Of a stretch of 64,000 nt of DNA, positions 26,667 to 36,015 are shown one piece after another. Below the pieces are notes generated by a model. It had not been told where the DNA came from, ran no database searches, and saw only the letters and a list, made by a program, of their open reading frames with translations. Positions within the stretch are counted from its first letter, which is position 1. Every line of letters begins with the position of its first letter. The stretch covers positions 69,107-133,106 of the forward strand of contig CAMVAV010000001.1 of the NCBI GenBank assembly GCA_947165595.1, read 5' to 3'. Position numbers and translations under genes: made by a program. The stretch comes from an uncultured Clostridia bacterium (GTDB lineage Bacteria > Bacillota > Clostridia > Oscillospirales > Oscillospiraceae).

Positions 26667-28343
26667 TCAGTCCTGCCCGTGCTTGAGCGCGTCGATGAGC
26701 ATGGGGACGAACTGCTTCTTGCGGCTCAGCACGCCGGGCAGCACCGCCGCGCCGTCCCTGACCTCCGCTCCGAAGGCGCGCGTCACGAGCTGCTCCGCGC
26801 CCTTGCCGCACATCAGCAGGTCGCTGGCGGCGCCGCGCACGTCGGTAAAGAGATAGAACACGAAATCGAGCCCCTGCTTGTTGCGCGCCGTCTCCAGATA
26901 GGGGCCGACCAGCTCCTCGGCGGCAAGGCGGTTCTTCTCGCTCATGTAGCTCCCCTGCCCCACGCCGAAGTGGAAGCTGCCGCTGGTGAAGACCTTGTAG
27001 TCGGTGCCGAAGATCTGCTCCGCGGTCTCGCCGCTGATGTCGCCGCCGTGCTCGAACATGTCGTCCGCGTACGCCTCCAGCTCGACGCCCGCCAGCTCCG
27101 CCAGCTCGCGTGCCGTCCGTTCGTCGGTGGGCGTGCAGGTGGGCGAGCGGAACATCAGCGTGTCGGACAGGATGGCGGAGAGCATCAGCCCCGCCGTGGA
27201 GCGGTCGATCTCCACGCCGTTCTCGCGGTACATCTGATAGACGATCGTGCAGGTGCAGCCCACCGGCATATTGCGGAAGTACACGGGATTGTCCGTCTCC
27301 AGCGAGCCGATGCGGTGGTGGTCGATGATCTCGAGCACCTCCGCCTCCTCCAGGCCCTCCGCCGCCTGCGACTTCTCGTTGTGGTCCACAAGGATGAGCT
27401 GCTTTTTGTGCAGATTCAGCAGGTTGCGGCGGGAGAGCACGCCGAGATACTTCCCATCGTCCCCGAGGACGGGGAAGTAGCGGTGGCGGACGCGCGCCAT
27501 CAGCTTGGTCGCCTCCTCCACGGAGCTGTTGAGGTTGAAGGTCAGCAGCCCCTCCTTGAGCATGTAGTAGCGGATGGGCGCCGCCTGCGGGATGATCTGC
27601 CCGGTGGCGTAGGTGTTCAGCGGGGTGCTGATGATCAGGCAGTCGTTCTCCTCCGCCAGCATCCGGATGGTCTTGGACACCTTGGAGTCCATGCCCACCA
27701 CGATGCAGCCCGCCTCCATCTCAATGGCGGTGAGCTGGCTTTCGCTGCGGTTGGTGACGATGACCACATCGCCCTTGCGGATGGCGCGCTCCATCAGCTC
27801 CGAGTTGCCCGCGCCGATGATGATGCGCCCCTGCACGGTCTTGCCCGTCGGGTCGCCGACGAGCACCTTGCCGCCGATGGTGTCGATGACGTTCTGATAG
27901 CTCGTCTCCGACTTGGACAGGACGAAGGGGTCGATCCCGTCCATGTTGGCGGTGGCGACGTCCTTGACGGTGATGAGCCCCTTGAGGTTCTTCTCCCCGT
28001 CGACGATGCAGAGCGTATCGAGGTTCTGATCGCGCATCCGCGTCCACGCCTCGCGCAGGCTCATCTCGCCATCCACGCCCTCTGCCAGGCGGACGTCCAC
28101 GTCCCGCACCTGCGGGCTGACGTCAACATAGAGCTCGGGCGTCGCCTCGCCGAAGTAGTTCAGCACGAACTGCGTCTCGCGGTTGAGCTGTCCCGCCCGG
28201 CAGGGCTTGTAGGCGTGCTCTTTGTCAATGGCGTTTTTGAGGCGGCTGTAGGCGATGGCGGCGCATATGGAGTCGGTGTCCGGATTGCGGTGACCGATGA
28301 CCTTGATCGCGTGGGAGTTGAGCTCGGCGGTGGATGGATTCAC
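26667..28343 (-). CDS. ppaC: Mn-dependent family II inorganic pyrophosphatase with CBS-DRTGG insert
   Basis: GHRNPDTDS, LVDHNE, IIDHHR, SDTLMFRSPT, SRKKQ. Confidence 0.93.
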   Translation of the reverse strand: MNPSTAELNSHAIKVIGHRNPDTDSICAAIAYSRLKNAIDKEHAYKPCRAGQLNRETQFVLNYFGEATPELYVDVSPQVRDVDVRLAEGVDGEMSLREAWTRMRDQNLDTLCIVDGEKNLKGLITVKDVATANMDGIDPFVLSKSETSYQNVIDTIGGKVLVGDPTGKTVQGRIIIGAGNSELMERAIRKGDVVIVTNRSESQLTAIEMEAGCIVVGMDSKVSKTIRMLAEENDCLIISTPLNTYATGQIIPQAAPIRYYMLKEGLLTFNLNSSVEEATKLMARVRHRYFPVLGDDGKYLGVLSRRNLLNLHKKQLILVDHNEKSQAAEGLEEAEVLEIIDHHRIGSLETDNPVYFRNMPVGCTCTIVYQMYRENGVEIDRSTAGLMLSAILSDTLMFRSPTCTPTDERTARELAELAGVELEAYADDMFEHGGDISGETAEQIFGTDYKVFTSGSFHFGVGQGSYMSEKNRLAAEELVGPYLETARNKQGLDFVFYLFTDVRGAASDLLMCGKGAEQLVTRAFGAEVRDGAAVLPGVLSRKKQFVPMLIDALKHGQD

Positions 28344-28408
28344 ATGATCACGCCTTCCTGTGTGTTATTATCGTTGATGATCCAATATATCACAGAAAAT
28401 CAAAAGCG

Positions 28409-29812
28409 TCAACTGAGCGTCGTGCCGGTGAAGAGGCTGACGCAGAGGATGAGGATGACGGCGGCGGGCGCAACAAATTTAATCAGGAAGCCGAACGCCT
28501 TCGCGAGCCGGAACCGGACGCCGCAGCGCTCCACCTCGGCAATGGCGCTCTCCGGCTTCCACGACCAGCCGACGAACACGCAGCAGCCCAGCGCGCCGAG
28601 CGGGATCATGATGCGGTCGGTCAGAAACTCCATCGCGTCGCAAAGCGGCGGGAAGGTGACGCCGTTGGCAAAGTCAAACCAGATGCCCTTGAGCGGGAAC
28701 GCCGCCTGCGAGCAGGTGTAAAGGCAGCCGATGAGGAACATCACGCCGCAGGTGACAAGCGTGGTCGGCGTGCGCTTCCAGCCCTTGCGCTCGATCAGGA
28801 ACGCGACGATGCCCTCGATGAGCGACACGGAGGACGTCAGCGCCGCGAACAGGAGCAGCAGATAGAACAAAAAGCCGAAGAACGCGCCGCCGGGCATGTG
28901 CTCGAACACGCCCGCGAGGGAGACGAACGCGAAGCCGCCGCCCTTCCCCACTCCGTCGGGGCCGAGGGTCGCAAACACGGCGGGCACGACGATGAAGCCC
29001 GCGATGACCGCCACCAGCGTGTCCATCGTGCACACGAGGAAGGTGTTTTTGGCAATGTCCTCGCTCTTGGGCAGATAGGAGCCGTAGGTCACCATGATCG
29101 ACATGCCGAGCGAGAGCGAGTAGAACGCCTGCGAGAGCGCGATGAGGAAGGTCTGCGGCGTGACCTTCGCCATATCGAGCGAGAGCATGTAGCGCAGGCC
29201 CTCCATCGCGCCGGGCAGCGTCGCCGCGCGCACGAACAGGACAATCAGGATGAGGAACAGCGCCGGCATGCCGACCTTGTTGAAGCGCTCGATGCCGTCC
29301 TCCACGCCCTTGATGATGACAAAGGCGCAGATCGCCATAAAAATCAGCGCGAACAGCAGGACGAGCCACGGCATAAACGTCGCCTCCGCGGCGGGATCGT
29401 AGCCCAGCATCCCGTAGAAGTAGCCCAGCGGATCGGCGTAGACCTTTTGCGATTCGATCGCGTAGCTGAACACGTAGCGCAGCACCCAGCCGCCGACGTG
29501 GGAATAGTAGCAGGTGATGATGAAGGCGACCGCCCAGCCCATCCAGCCGGTCCAGCCGTAGCCCTTGTGTCCCAGCTTGCCGAAGGCGTCGACCACGTTG
29601 GACTGGCTGGCGCGCCCGATCGAAAGCTCGGAGAGCATGGCGGGCATGCCGATGAGCGGAACGATCAGCAGGTACATCAGCAGGAACGCGCCGCCGCCCC
29701 CCTCAAATGCCTTGCCGGGAAATTTCCAGATGTTGCCGAGGCCCACCGCGGAGCCCGCGGCGGCAAGGATGAAGCCGAACTTGCTCCCCCACTGTGCGCG
29801 TTTGTCGTCCAT
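28409..29812 (-). CDS. Sodium-dependent transporter, NSS/SNF family
   Basis: GSAVGLGNIWKFP, QAFYSLSLG, TYGSY. Confidence 0.93.
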   Translation of the reverse strand: MDDKRAQWGSKFGFILAAAGSAVGLGNIWKFPGKAFEGGGGAFLLMYLLIVPLIGMPAMLSELSIGRASQSNVVDAFGKLGHKGYGWTGWMGWAVAFIITCYYSHVGGWVLRYVFSYAIESQKVYADPLGYFYGMLGYDPAAEATFMPWLVLLFALIFMAICAFVIIKGVEDGIERFNKVGMPALFLILIVLFVRAATLPGAMEGLRYMLSLDMAKVTPQTFLIALSQAFYSLSLGMSIMVTYGSYLPKSEDIAKNTFLVCTMDTLVAVIAGFIVVPAVFATLGPDGVGKGGGFAFVSLAGVFEHMPGGAFFGFLFYLLLLFAALTSSVSLIEGIVAFLIERKGWKRTPTTLVTCGVMFLIGCLYTCSQAAFPLKGIWFDFANGVTFPPLCDAMEFLTDRIMIPLGALGCCVFVGWSWKPESAIAEVERCGVRFRLAKAFGFLIKFVAPAAVILILCVSLFTGTTLS

Positions 29813-29966
29813 GTTTCTTTCTCTCTCCTTTATCTTTCACGCGAAAAAATGACGCTAGTTTGATACTATACCCGATACGCGGACATTTGTAAAGGCCGGA
29901 CAGACAAAAAATACGAAAAAGCACAGACTCGCCGTTTTCTTTCCGTCCGGCGCGCCCGATCCCCTC

Positions 29967-29995
29967 TTGCCGAATCGCGGCGCAGGGAGTATAAT
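29967..29995 (+). promoter_or_regulatory. Sigma-A-type promoter
   Basis: TTGCCG-17 bp-TATAAT. Confidence 0.6.
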
Positions 29996-30018
29996 ACGGA
30001 AAAATGGGGTGGTATGTC

Positions 30019-30657
30019 ATGCGCGGTGCGATCTTTGATATGGACGGGCTGCTGATCGATTCGGAGTCGATCTGGCAGGGCCAGTGGCGCGCGCTGGCGG
30101 AGGAGCGCGGCCTCACGCTGGGCGGCAGGTTCGCCGGGGAGATCTGCGGCACCGGCGGCGCGCGCACGCGCGAGATCGTCTCGCGTTATTTTCAGACGGA
30201 CGACCCGGAGAGCCTGATGCGGGAGTGTACGGCGCGCGTACACCGGCTGGAGGAGGACGGCGTGCCGCTCAAGCCCGGCGTGCACACGATCCTGAAGGGG
30301 CTGCGCGGCGCGGGCTTCCGCCTCGCCGTGGCGAGCAGCAGCCCCATGGACATGATCCGCAAAAATCTGCGGCAGGACGATGTGGCGGGGTATTTTGACG
30401 AGATGGTCTCCGGACGCGACGTGAAAAACGGCAAGCCGGAGCCGGACATCTTCCTTCTCGCCGCGCAAAGGCTCGGGCTGCCGCCGGAGGAGTGCTATGT
30501 GTTCGAGGACAGCCTCATCGGCGTGGAGGCGGCGTGGCGCGCGGGCTGCCGCGCGATCATGATCCCCGACCTCACGCCGCCGGACGCGGCGGCGAAGGAA
30601 CGCTGCTTCGGCATCTTCCCCGATCTCGCGGAGGCGTGGGAGCGCATCCGGCCATGA
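30019..30657 (+). CDS. HAD-family phosphatase (beta-PGM-like)
   Basis: FDMDGLLIDSE, ASSS, KPEPDIF, FEDS. Confidence 0.92.
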   Translation: MRGAIFDMDGLLIDSESIWQGQWRALAEERGLTLGGRFAGEICGTGGARTREIVSRYFQTDDPESLMRECTARVHRLEEDGVPLKPGVHTILKGLRGAGFRLAVASSSPMDMIRKNLRQDDVAGYFDEMVSGRDVKNGKPEPDIFLLAAQRLGLPPEECYVFEDSLIGVEAAWRAGCRAIMIPDLTPPDAAAKERCFGIFPDLAEAWERIRP

Positions 30658-30926
30658 AGGTGAGAAAGCACATCCTGTTTTCCGGGCAGGTGCAGGGCGT
30701 CGGCTTCCGCTACAGCGCGATGTACCTCGCCCGCCCGCTGGGGCTGACCGGCTGGGTGCGGAATCTCCCGGACGGCCGCGTGGAGATGGAGGTCCAGGGC
30801 GAGGAGGCGGCGATCGGCAAGCTGCTCTCCGGCCTGCGCGAGCAGCGCTGGATCATCATTGAGGACATGGATATCCGGGACATCGGCCTGATCGAGGAAT
30901 CCCGCTTCGTCGCAAGAGCATATTGA
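30654..30926 (+). CDS. acyP: Acylphosphatase
   Basis: GQVQGVGFRY, GWVRNLPDGRVE; ATGA overlap. Confidence 0.93.
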   Translation: MKVRKHILFSGQVQGVGFRYSAMYLARPLGLTGWVRNLPDGRVEMEVQGEEAAIGKLLSGLREQRWIIIEDMDIRDIGLIEESRFVARAY

Positions 30927-30948
30927 TGTTTCGGACAGGAGGAGGACA

Positions 30949-31044
30949 ATGCACATGACACGGATCAAAAAACCGGCGCCGGCGGCGCGGCAGCCAGTCC
31001 CGGAGACGGCGCATACGGGCTTCCGGGAACGGTCGGTGATATGA
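30949..31044 (+). CDS. Putative 31-aa small ORF coupled to the next gene
   Basis: Strong RBS AGGAGGAGG; MHMTRIKKPAPAARQPVPETAHTGFRERSVI; TGA overlaps ATG 31041. Confidence 0.35.
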   Translation: MHMTRIKKPAPAARQPVPETAHTGFRERSVI

Positions 31045-32639
31045 TGGAATACGATACCCTGATCCGTGGCGCACGGGTGCTGGACGGCACGGGGCGCGCC
31101 GCCTTCGACGCGGACGTCGCGCTGCGAGACGGCAGGATCGCCGCCGTCGGCGCGCTGACGGACGCGCGTGCCGGCACGGAGCTCAACGCCGCCGGACGCT
31201 ATCTGACGCCGGGTTTTATCGACATTCACCGCCACGCGGACGCGGCGCTGCTGAACGAGGGCTTCGGCGAGGCGGAGCTGGCGCAGGGGCTGACCACGGT
31301 CATCAACGGCAACTGCGGGCTCTCGCTCGCTCCCCTCTCCGGGACGCATCAGGCGGAGGCGGCGGCATATCTCGCGCCGATCCTCGGCGATATTCCCGCG
31401 TCGCGGCGCTTCGGCTCGCTGGGCGAATATCTGGACGCGGCGGACCGGACGCCTCCCCCGCTCAATCACGCCACGCTGGTCGGGATGGGCACGCTGCGCT
31501 GCTGCGTGGCGGGCTTCGACGGCGGCGATCTCGACGGCGAGGCGCTGCGCGCGCTGCACGCTCTGCTGGAGCGCGCTCTCTCGGACGGCGCGCTGGGCGT
31601 CTCTCTCGGCCTCGGCTACGCGCCGGAGTGCTTCTACACCACGGAAGGGCTGATCCGCGCGCTGGAGCCGCTGCGCGGGAGCGACATCCCCCTGACCGTC
31701 CACATGCGGCAGGAGGGCGAGGGCGTGCTGGACGCGCTGCGCGAGATGCTGCGCGTCGGACGCGAGCTGCGCGTGCCGCTGGAGATCAACCATCTCAAGT
31801 CGATCGGCAAAAGCGGCTGGCGCAAGAACGTGCCGGAGATGCTGCGCCTCATCCGGCTGGCGCGGGAGGACGGGCTCGACGTAATGTGCGACGTCTATCC
31901 CTACACCGCCGGCTCCACGCAGCTCATCCACGTGCTGCCGCCGGAGTTCCAGCGCGGCGGTACGGCGGCGCTGACCGCCGCGCTGAGCGACCCCGCCACG
32001 CGCCGGGTGATGCGCGAGCGGATGCAGACCGGCGCGGATTTTGAAAACATCACGCATCTGGTGGGCTTTGAGAACATTCGCGCCACGTCGCTGCGCCGCC
32101 CGGAGGACCTTCCCTACGAGGCTCTGTCCATCGCGGAGATCGCCTCGCTGCGGCGAACGGACTCCTTCGACGCGCTGTTCGACCTGCTGGCAGACGAGGA
32201 ATGCTTCCCCGCGATGATAGACTTCATCTCCGATCCCTCGGACGTGGCGGATATCCTTTGCGCGCCGTTTTCCGGCGTGATCTCGGACGCCACCTATCCC
32301 TCCGTCGGGCTGCCGCATCCGCGGGTGTACGGAACGTTCGTGCGGCTGCTGGAGAAGTATGTGCGGGAGGACCGCCTGCTCTCCGTCGAGGACGCCGTGC
32401 ACAAGATCACCGGGCAGGCGGCGGAGCGTTTCGGGCTGAAGAGCAAGGGCCGCATCGCCGTCGGGGCGGACGCCGACCTGTGCCTGTTCGACCTGCGGCG
32501 GCTGCACGAGCCGGGGACCTTTTCCTCGCCCAGGCAGCTCGCGCAGGGGATGGACATGGTCTGGGTGATGGGCAGTCCCGCCTTCGCGGACGGGAAAAAG
32601 CTCGGAACCGCCGCCGGCGCCGCGCTGCGGCGGGGTTAA
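31041..32639 (+). CDS. N-acyl-D-amino-acid deacylase (amidohydrolase)
   Basis: PGFIDIHRHAD, GNCG, DVYPYTAGST, HPRVYGTF, GADADL. Confidence 0.9.
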   Translation: MMEYDTLIRGARVLDGTGRAAFDADVALRDGRIAAVGALTDARAGTELNAAGRYLTPGFIDIHRHADAALLNEGFGEAELAQGLTTVINGNCGLSLAPLSGTHQAEAAAYLAPILGDIPASRRFGSLGEYLDAADRTPPPLNHATLVGMGTLRCCVAGFDGGDLDGEALRALHALLERALSDGALGVSLGLGYAPECFYTTEGLIRALEPLRGSDIPLTVHMRQEGEGVLDALREMLRVGRELRVPLEINHLKSIGKSGWRKNVPEMLRLIRLAREDGLDVMCDVYPYTAGSTQLIHVLPPEFQRGGTAALTAALSDPATRRVMRERMQTGADFENITHLVGFENIRATSLRRPEDLPYEALSIAEIASLRRTDSFDALFDLLADEECFPAMIDFISDPSDVADILCAPFSGVISDATYPSVGLPHPRVYGTFVRLLEKYVREDRLLSVEDAVHKITGQAAERFGLKSKGRIAVGADADLCLFDLRRLHEPGTFSSPRQLAQGMDMVWVMGSPAFADGKKLGTAAGAALRRG

Positions 32640-32652
32640 AGGGAGGAGCGGC

Positions 32653-33144
32653 ATGGAGATCGAACGCAAATTCCACATGCTCCGCGCGCCGGAGCTTCCC
32701 GCGCGCACGCACACGCGGATGTCGCAGAGCTATCTGTCGCTTTTGCCCGAGGTCCGCATCCGGCGATACGAGGACCTGATGGGCGGCGCACCCGAGCGCT
32801 GGGAGCTGACGATCAAGTCCGAGGGGACGCTGGCGCGCGAGGAGATCAACAAGCCCCTGACCGCCGAAGAATACGGCATCCTGCTGCGCATGACCGGAGA
32901 CTGCCCGCCCATCGTCAAGGACCATTACACCTACGATTACGAGGGCTGTGTGCTGGAGTTTTCCACCGTCGACGCGGGGCTGGAGACCGGCTTCACCTAC
33001 GCCGAGGTGGAGTTTCCGACGCTGGAGGCCGCCGCCGCGTTCACCCCGCCGGAGTGGTTCGGCGAGGAAACGACGGAGCAGCAGGGCTTCCGCATGAAGA
33101 GCTACTGGAAAAAGACAAGACTGGATACAAGAACCGCTCCCTGA
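32653..33144 (+). CDS. CYTH-domain protein
   Basis: MEIERKF, VRIR, AEVEF, PEWFGEE. Confidence 0.88.
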   Translation: MEIERKFHMLRAPELPARTHTRMSQSYLSLLPEVRIRRYEDLMGGAPERWELTIKSEGTLAREEINKPLTAEEYGILLRMTGDCPPIVKDHYTYDYEGCVLEFSTVDAGLETGFTYAEVEFPTLEAAAAFTPPEWFGEETTEQQGFRMKSYWKKTRLDTRTAP

Positions 33145-33157
33145 CGGGAGCGGTTCT
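33130..33157. terminator. Hairpin between convergent genes
   Basis: AGAACCGCTCCC-TGAC-GGGAGCGGTTCT. Confidence 0.65.
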
Positions 33158-33168
33158 GTCCGTTTTCT

Positions 33169-34527
33169 TCATTTTTCCACAATCGGCGGCAGACTGCGCT
33201 GCTGTGCGACATAGGCGGCGATGCGCTCCGCCGCCTCCGCGTTGGAGAGCTTTTCCTGCTCGCCGGTCTTCATGTTCTTGCAGGAAACGACGCCCGCGGC
33301 GATCTCATCCTCGCCGAGGAAGAGCACGAAGGGCACGCCCAGCTTGTCGGCATACGCCATCTTCGCCTTAAACTTCTTCGCCTCGGTGTAGAGCATGGTG
33401 CGCAGCCCGCGCGCGCGCAGCTCGGTCGAAAGCGCGACGGCGGCGGACAGGTCCCCGGTCATCGGCAGGATCAGCGTGTCGGCGGGGGCGGTGGACGCCT
33501 CGCCGTTGAGCATTCCCTGCTCGCCGAGCACATAGAACAGGCGCGTCAGCCCGATGGAGATGCCGACGCCCGGCAGCTTGCGGTCGGTATAGAAGCCGGC
33601 GAGATCGTCGTAGCGTCCGCCGGAGCAGACCGAGCCGATCTCCGGGTGGTCGAGCAGCGCGGTCTCGTACACGGTGCCGGTGTAATAGTCCAGCCCGCGC
33701 GCGATGGTGAGATCGACCGCGAAGTTCTCCTCCGGCACGCCGAAGCCGCCGAGGTAGCGCGCCACCGTCGCCAGCTCGTCCAGCCCCTCGTCGAAGGTCC
33801 CGTTCCGCCCGCGATAGGTCTCCAGCGCGGCGAGCACCTCGCCGTTCGTGCCGCGGATGGCGATGAAGCGCAGAATGTCGTCCGCCTGCTCCCCGGTGAG
33901 CGCGAGATCGTCCACAAGGATGGCGCGCACCTTGTCCGCGCCGATCTTCTCCAGCTTGTCCACCGTGCGCATGATGTCGCCGGACTTCTCCGTCAGGCCC
34001 AGCATGGCGTAAAAGCCCGTGAGGACCTTGCGGTTGTTGATGCGGATCTGGAAGCGGCGGAGCCCCAGGCGCGAAAACACGGTGTAGATCGTCGCGGGTA
34101 TCTCGGCGTCGTTCGCGATGTCGAGCTGTCCGTCGCCGATGACGTCGATATCCGCCTGATAAAACTCGCGGAAGCGGCCGCGCTGCGCGCGCTCGCCGCG
34201 GTAGACCTTGCCGATCTGATAGCGGCGGAAGGGAAACGCCAGCTCGCCGGCGTGCAGCGAAACGTATTTCGCCAGCGGCACGGTGAGGTCGAAGCGGAGG
34301 CTGAGGTCCGTGTCGCCCTTGGTGAAGCGGTAGATCTGCTTCTCGGTCTCGCCGCCGCCCTTCGCCAGCAGGATCTCGCTCGCCTCGATGAGCGGCGTAT
34401 CGAGCGGCGTGTAGCCGAACAGGGCGTAGGAGGAGCTGATGATGTCCATGATGCGGTTCATCTGCATCTGCGGCCCGGGCAGCAGCTCCATAAACCCGGA
34501 CAGGGTGCGCGGCTTGATCTTTTCCAT
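33169..34527 (-). CDS. hisS: Histidine--tRNA ligase
   Basis: LRFDLTVP, GRFREFYQAD, ARGLDYYTG, GGRYD. Confidence 0.97.
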   Translation of the reverse strand: MEKIKPRTLSGFMELLPGPQMQMNRIMDIISSSYALFGYTPLDTPLIEASEILLAKGGGETEKQIYRFTKGDTDLSLRFDLTVPLAKYVSLHAGELAFPFRRYQIGKVYRGERAQRGRFREFYQADIDVIGDGQLDIANDAEIPATIYTVFSRLGLRRFQIRINNRKVLTGFYAMLGLTEKSGDIMRTVDKLEKIGADKVRAILVDDLALTGEQADDILRFIAIRGTNGEVLAALETYRGRNGTFDEGLDELATVARYLGGFGVPEENFAVDLTIARGLDYYTGTVYETALLDHPEIGSVCSGGRYDDLAGFYTDRKLPGVGISIGLTRLFYVLGEQGMLNGEASTAPADTLILPMTGDLSAAVALSTELRARGLRTMLYTEAKKFKAKMAYADKLGVPFVLFLGEDEIAAGVVSCKNMKTGEQEKLSNAEAAERIAAYVAQQRSLPPIVEK

Positions 34528-34559
34528 GTTTCGGTCCTCCCAATGCTTGTTGAATCTAC

Positions 34560-34588
34560 ATTTTACGCACGCCCCACGCAAAAGTCAA
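34560..34588 (-). promoter_or_regulatory. hisS promoter
   Basis: TTGACT-17 bp-TAAAAT on the minus strand. Confidence 0.6.
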
Positions 34589-34704
34589 GGCGTATCGCCA
34601 AGATCGCCGCGAGCTTTTTGATTGACATTTGCTTGACAAGTGCATAGGGTGTGCGTTACAATATTACTATATATGCAGGCCATTCGGAGGGAGGCGGCAT
34701 CCTC

Positions 34705-35952
34705 TTGTATGCGTATATCGGCCGGCAGGCCATTTACAACAAGATGTTCGACGTAGCGGGCTACGAGCTTTTGTACCGCCGCAACGAACGCATCGGCGCG
34801 GCAGGTCTCGGCATGGACGGCGATGAAATGACCAAAAGCGTCCTGCTGGACGCGGTCAACGTCTTCGGCATCCGGCATCTGACCAACGGTCTTCCCGCTT
34901 ACATCAACTTCACGCGAAACCTTATCATGGACGACTTCGCCTACCTCTTCGACCCGAACGAGATCATCGTCGAGGTGCCCGCCGAGGTCTTTGTCAGCGA
35001 CGCGCTGGTGGGCAAGCTCTCCGGCCTGCAGCGCGCGGGCTACCGCCTCTCCCTCAACAGCTACAACGAGCAGAACGGCCGCATCAAGTTCGACCGCATC
35101 ATCAACTCCTTCGACGTCATCCGCGTCCAGACCGGCGGCAAAAACCGGCTGCTGCTCAAGGACATCTTGCAGCGCCTGCGCTTCAGCCGCGCCCAGCTCC
35201 TTGCCGAGCGCGTGGAGACCGAGGCGGAGTTTGAGATGGTCCAGTCCCTCAAATTCACGCTCTTCCAGGGCTACTTTTTCGAGCGTCCGGACTGCGTGAG
35301 CAAGCAGGTCTCGCTGACGGAAACGCCCTACGGCAGGATGTTCGCGGAGCTGATGAAGCCCTATCCGAACTTTGAGATGTGCTGCCGCATCATTGAGACC
35401 GATTCCATGCTGGCGCACCTGTTTCTGCGCCACATCCTCAAGGCGCGCTACAATCGCGAGAACATTCCCGCGCAGGTGCGCCACGGCGTGACGATCCTGG
35501 GCCTCGAGGGCCTGCGGCTGTGGACCTCGGCGCAGTTCCTCAAGCAGACCAACACCTCCAACTCGGACGAGCTGGCGCGCAAGGCGTTCCTGCGCGGGCG
35601 CTTCGTGGAAAAGCTGATCCAGAACTCCGAGACGATGCTCCCCAAGGAGCAGGGCTTCTTCATGGGAGTCATCAGCCTGCTGGATCAGGTGACCGGCTCC
35701 ACGCTCGACAGCGTGCTGGACGAGTTGAAGCTCTCGGAGGGCGCGGAGGCTGCCCTGATGGGAACGGAGGAAAACGAGTACTCCCTGTTTTTACAGTACG
35801 CCATCGCCTACGAACAGGCGTCCAACGCGATGTACTTCCCGGACATCAAGCTGCGCCTCGGCGACCGGCGCGTATCGAATATCTATATGGAGTGCATGGA
35901 GGACACGGACAAGGCGTTCTCGGAGGACGAGAACAAGGATCAGCAGCCGTAG
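34705..35952 (+). CDS. EAL and HDOD domain protein (YuxH/PdeH-like)
   Basis: RQAIY..GYELLYR, INFT, AERVET, FQGYFF, C-terminal HDOD-like helices; probable TTG start. Confidence 0.85.
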   Translation: MYAYIGRQAIYNKMFDVAGYELLYRRNERIGAAGLGMDGDEMTKSVLLDAVNVFGIRHLTNGLPAYINFTRNLIMDDFAYLFDPNEIIVEVPAEVFVSDALVGKLSGLQRAGYRLSLNSYNEQNGRIKFDRIINSFDVIRVQTGGKNRLLLKDILQRLRFSRAQLLAERVETEAEFEMVQSLKFTLFQGYFFERPDCVSKQVSLTETPYGRMFAELMKPYPNFEMCCRIIETDSMLAHLFLRHILKARYNRENIPAQVRHGVTILGLEGLRLWTSAQFLKQTNTSNSDELARKAFLRGRFVEKLIQNSETMLPKEQGFFMGVISLLDQVTGSTLDSVLDELKLSEGAEAALMGTEENEYSLFLQYAIAYEQASNAMYFPDIKLRLGDRRVSNIYMECMEDTDKAFSEDENKDQQP

Positions 35953-35976
35953 TTTTAATCTCTGATCGAAAGCAAA

Positions 35977-36015
35977 CGGCGAGCGGTTCAATGTGAACCG
36001 CTCGCCGCTTTTTTT
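35977..36015. terminator. Intrinsic terminator
   Basis: 14-bp stem CGGCGAGCGGTTCA/TGAACCGCTCGCCG plus T-run. Confidence 0.8.

Noticed and set aside
34528-34600. T-box leader for hisS
   Set aside because: The promoter is only about 30 nt from the start, leaving no room, and no T-box motif is seen.
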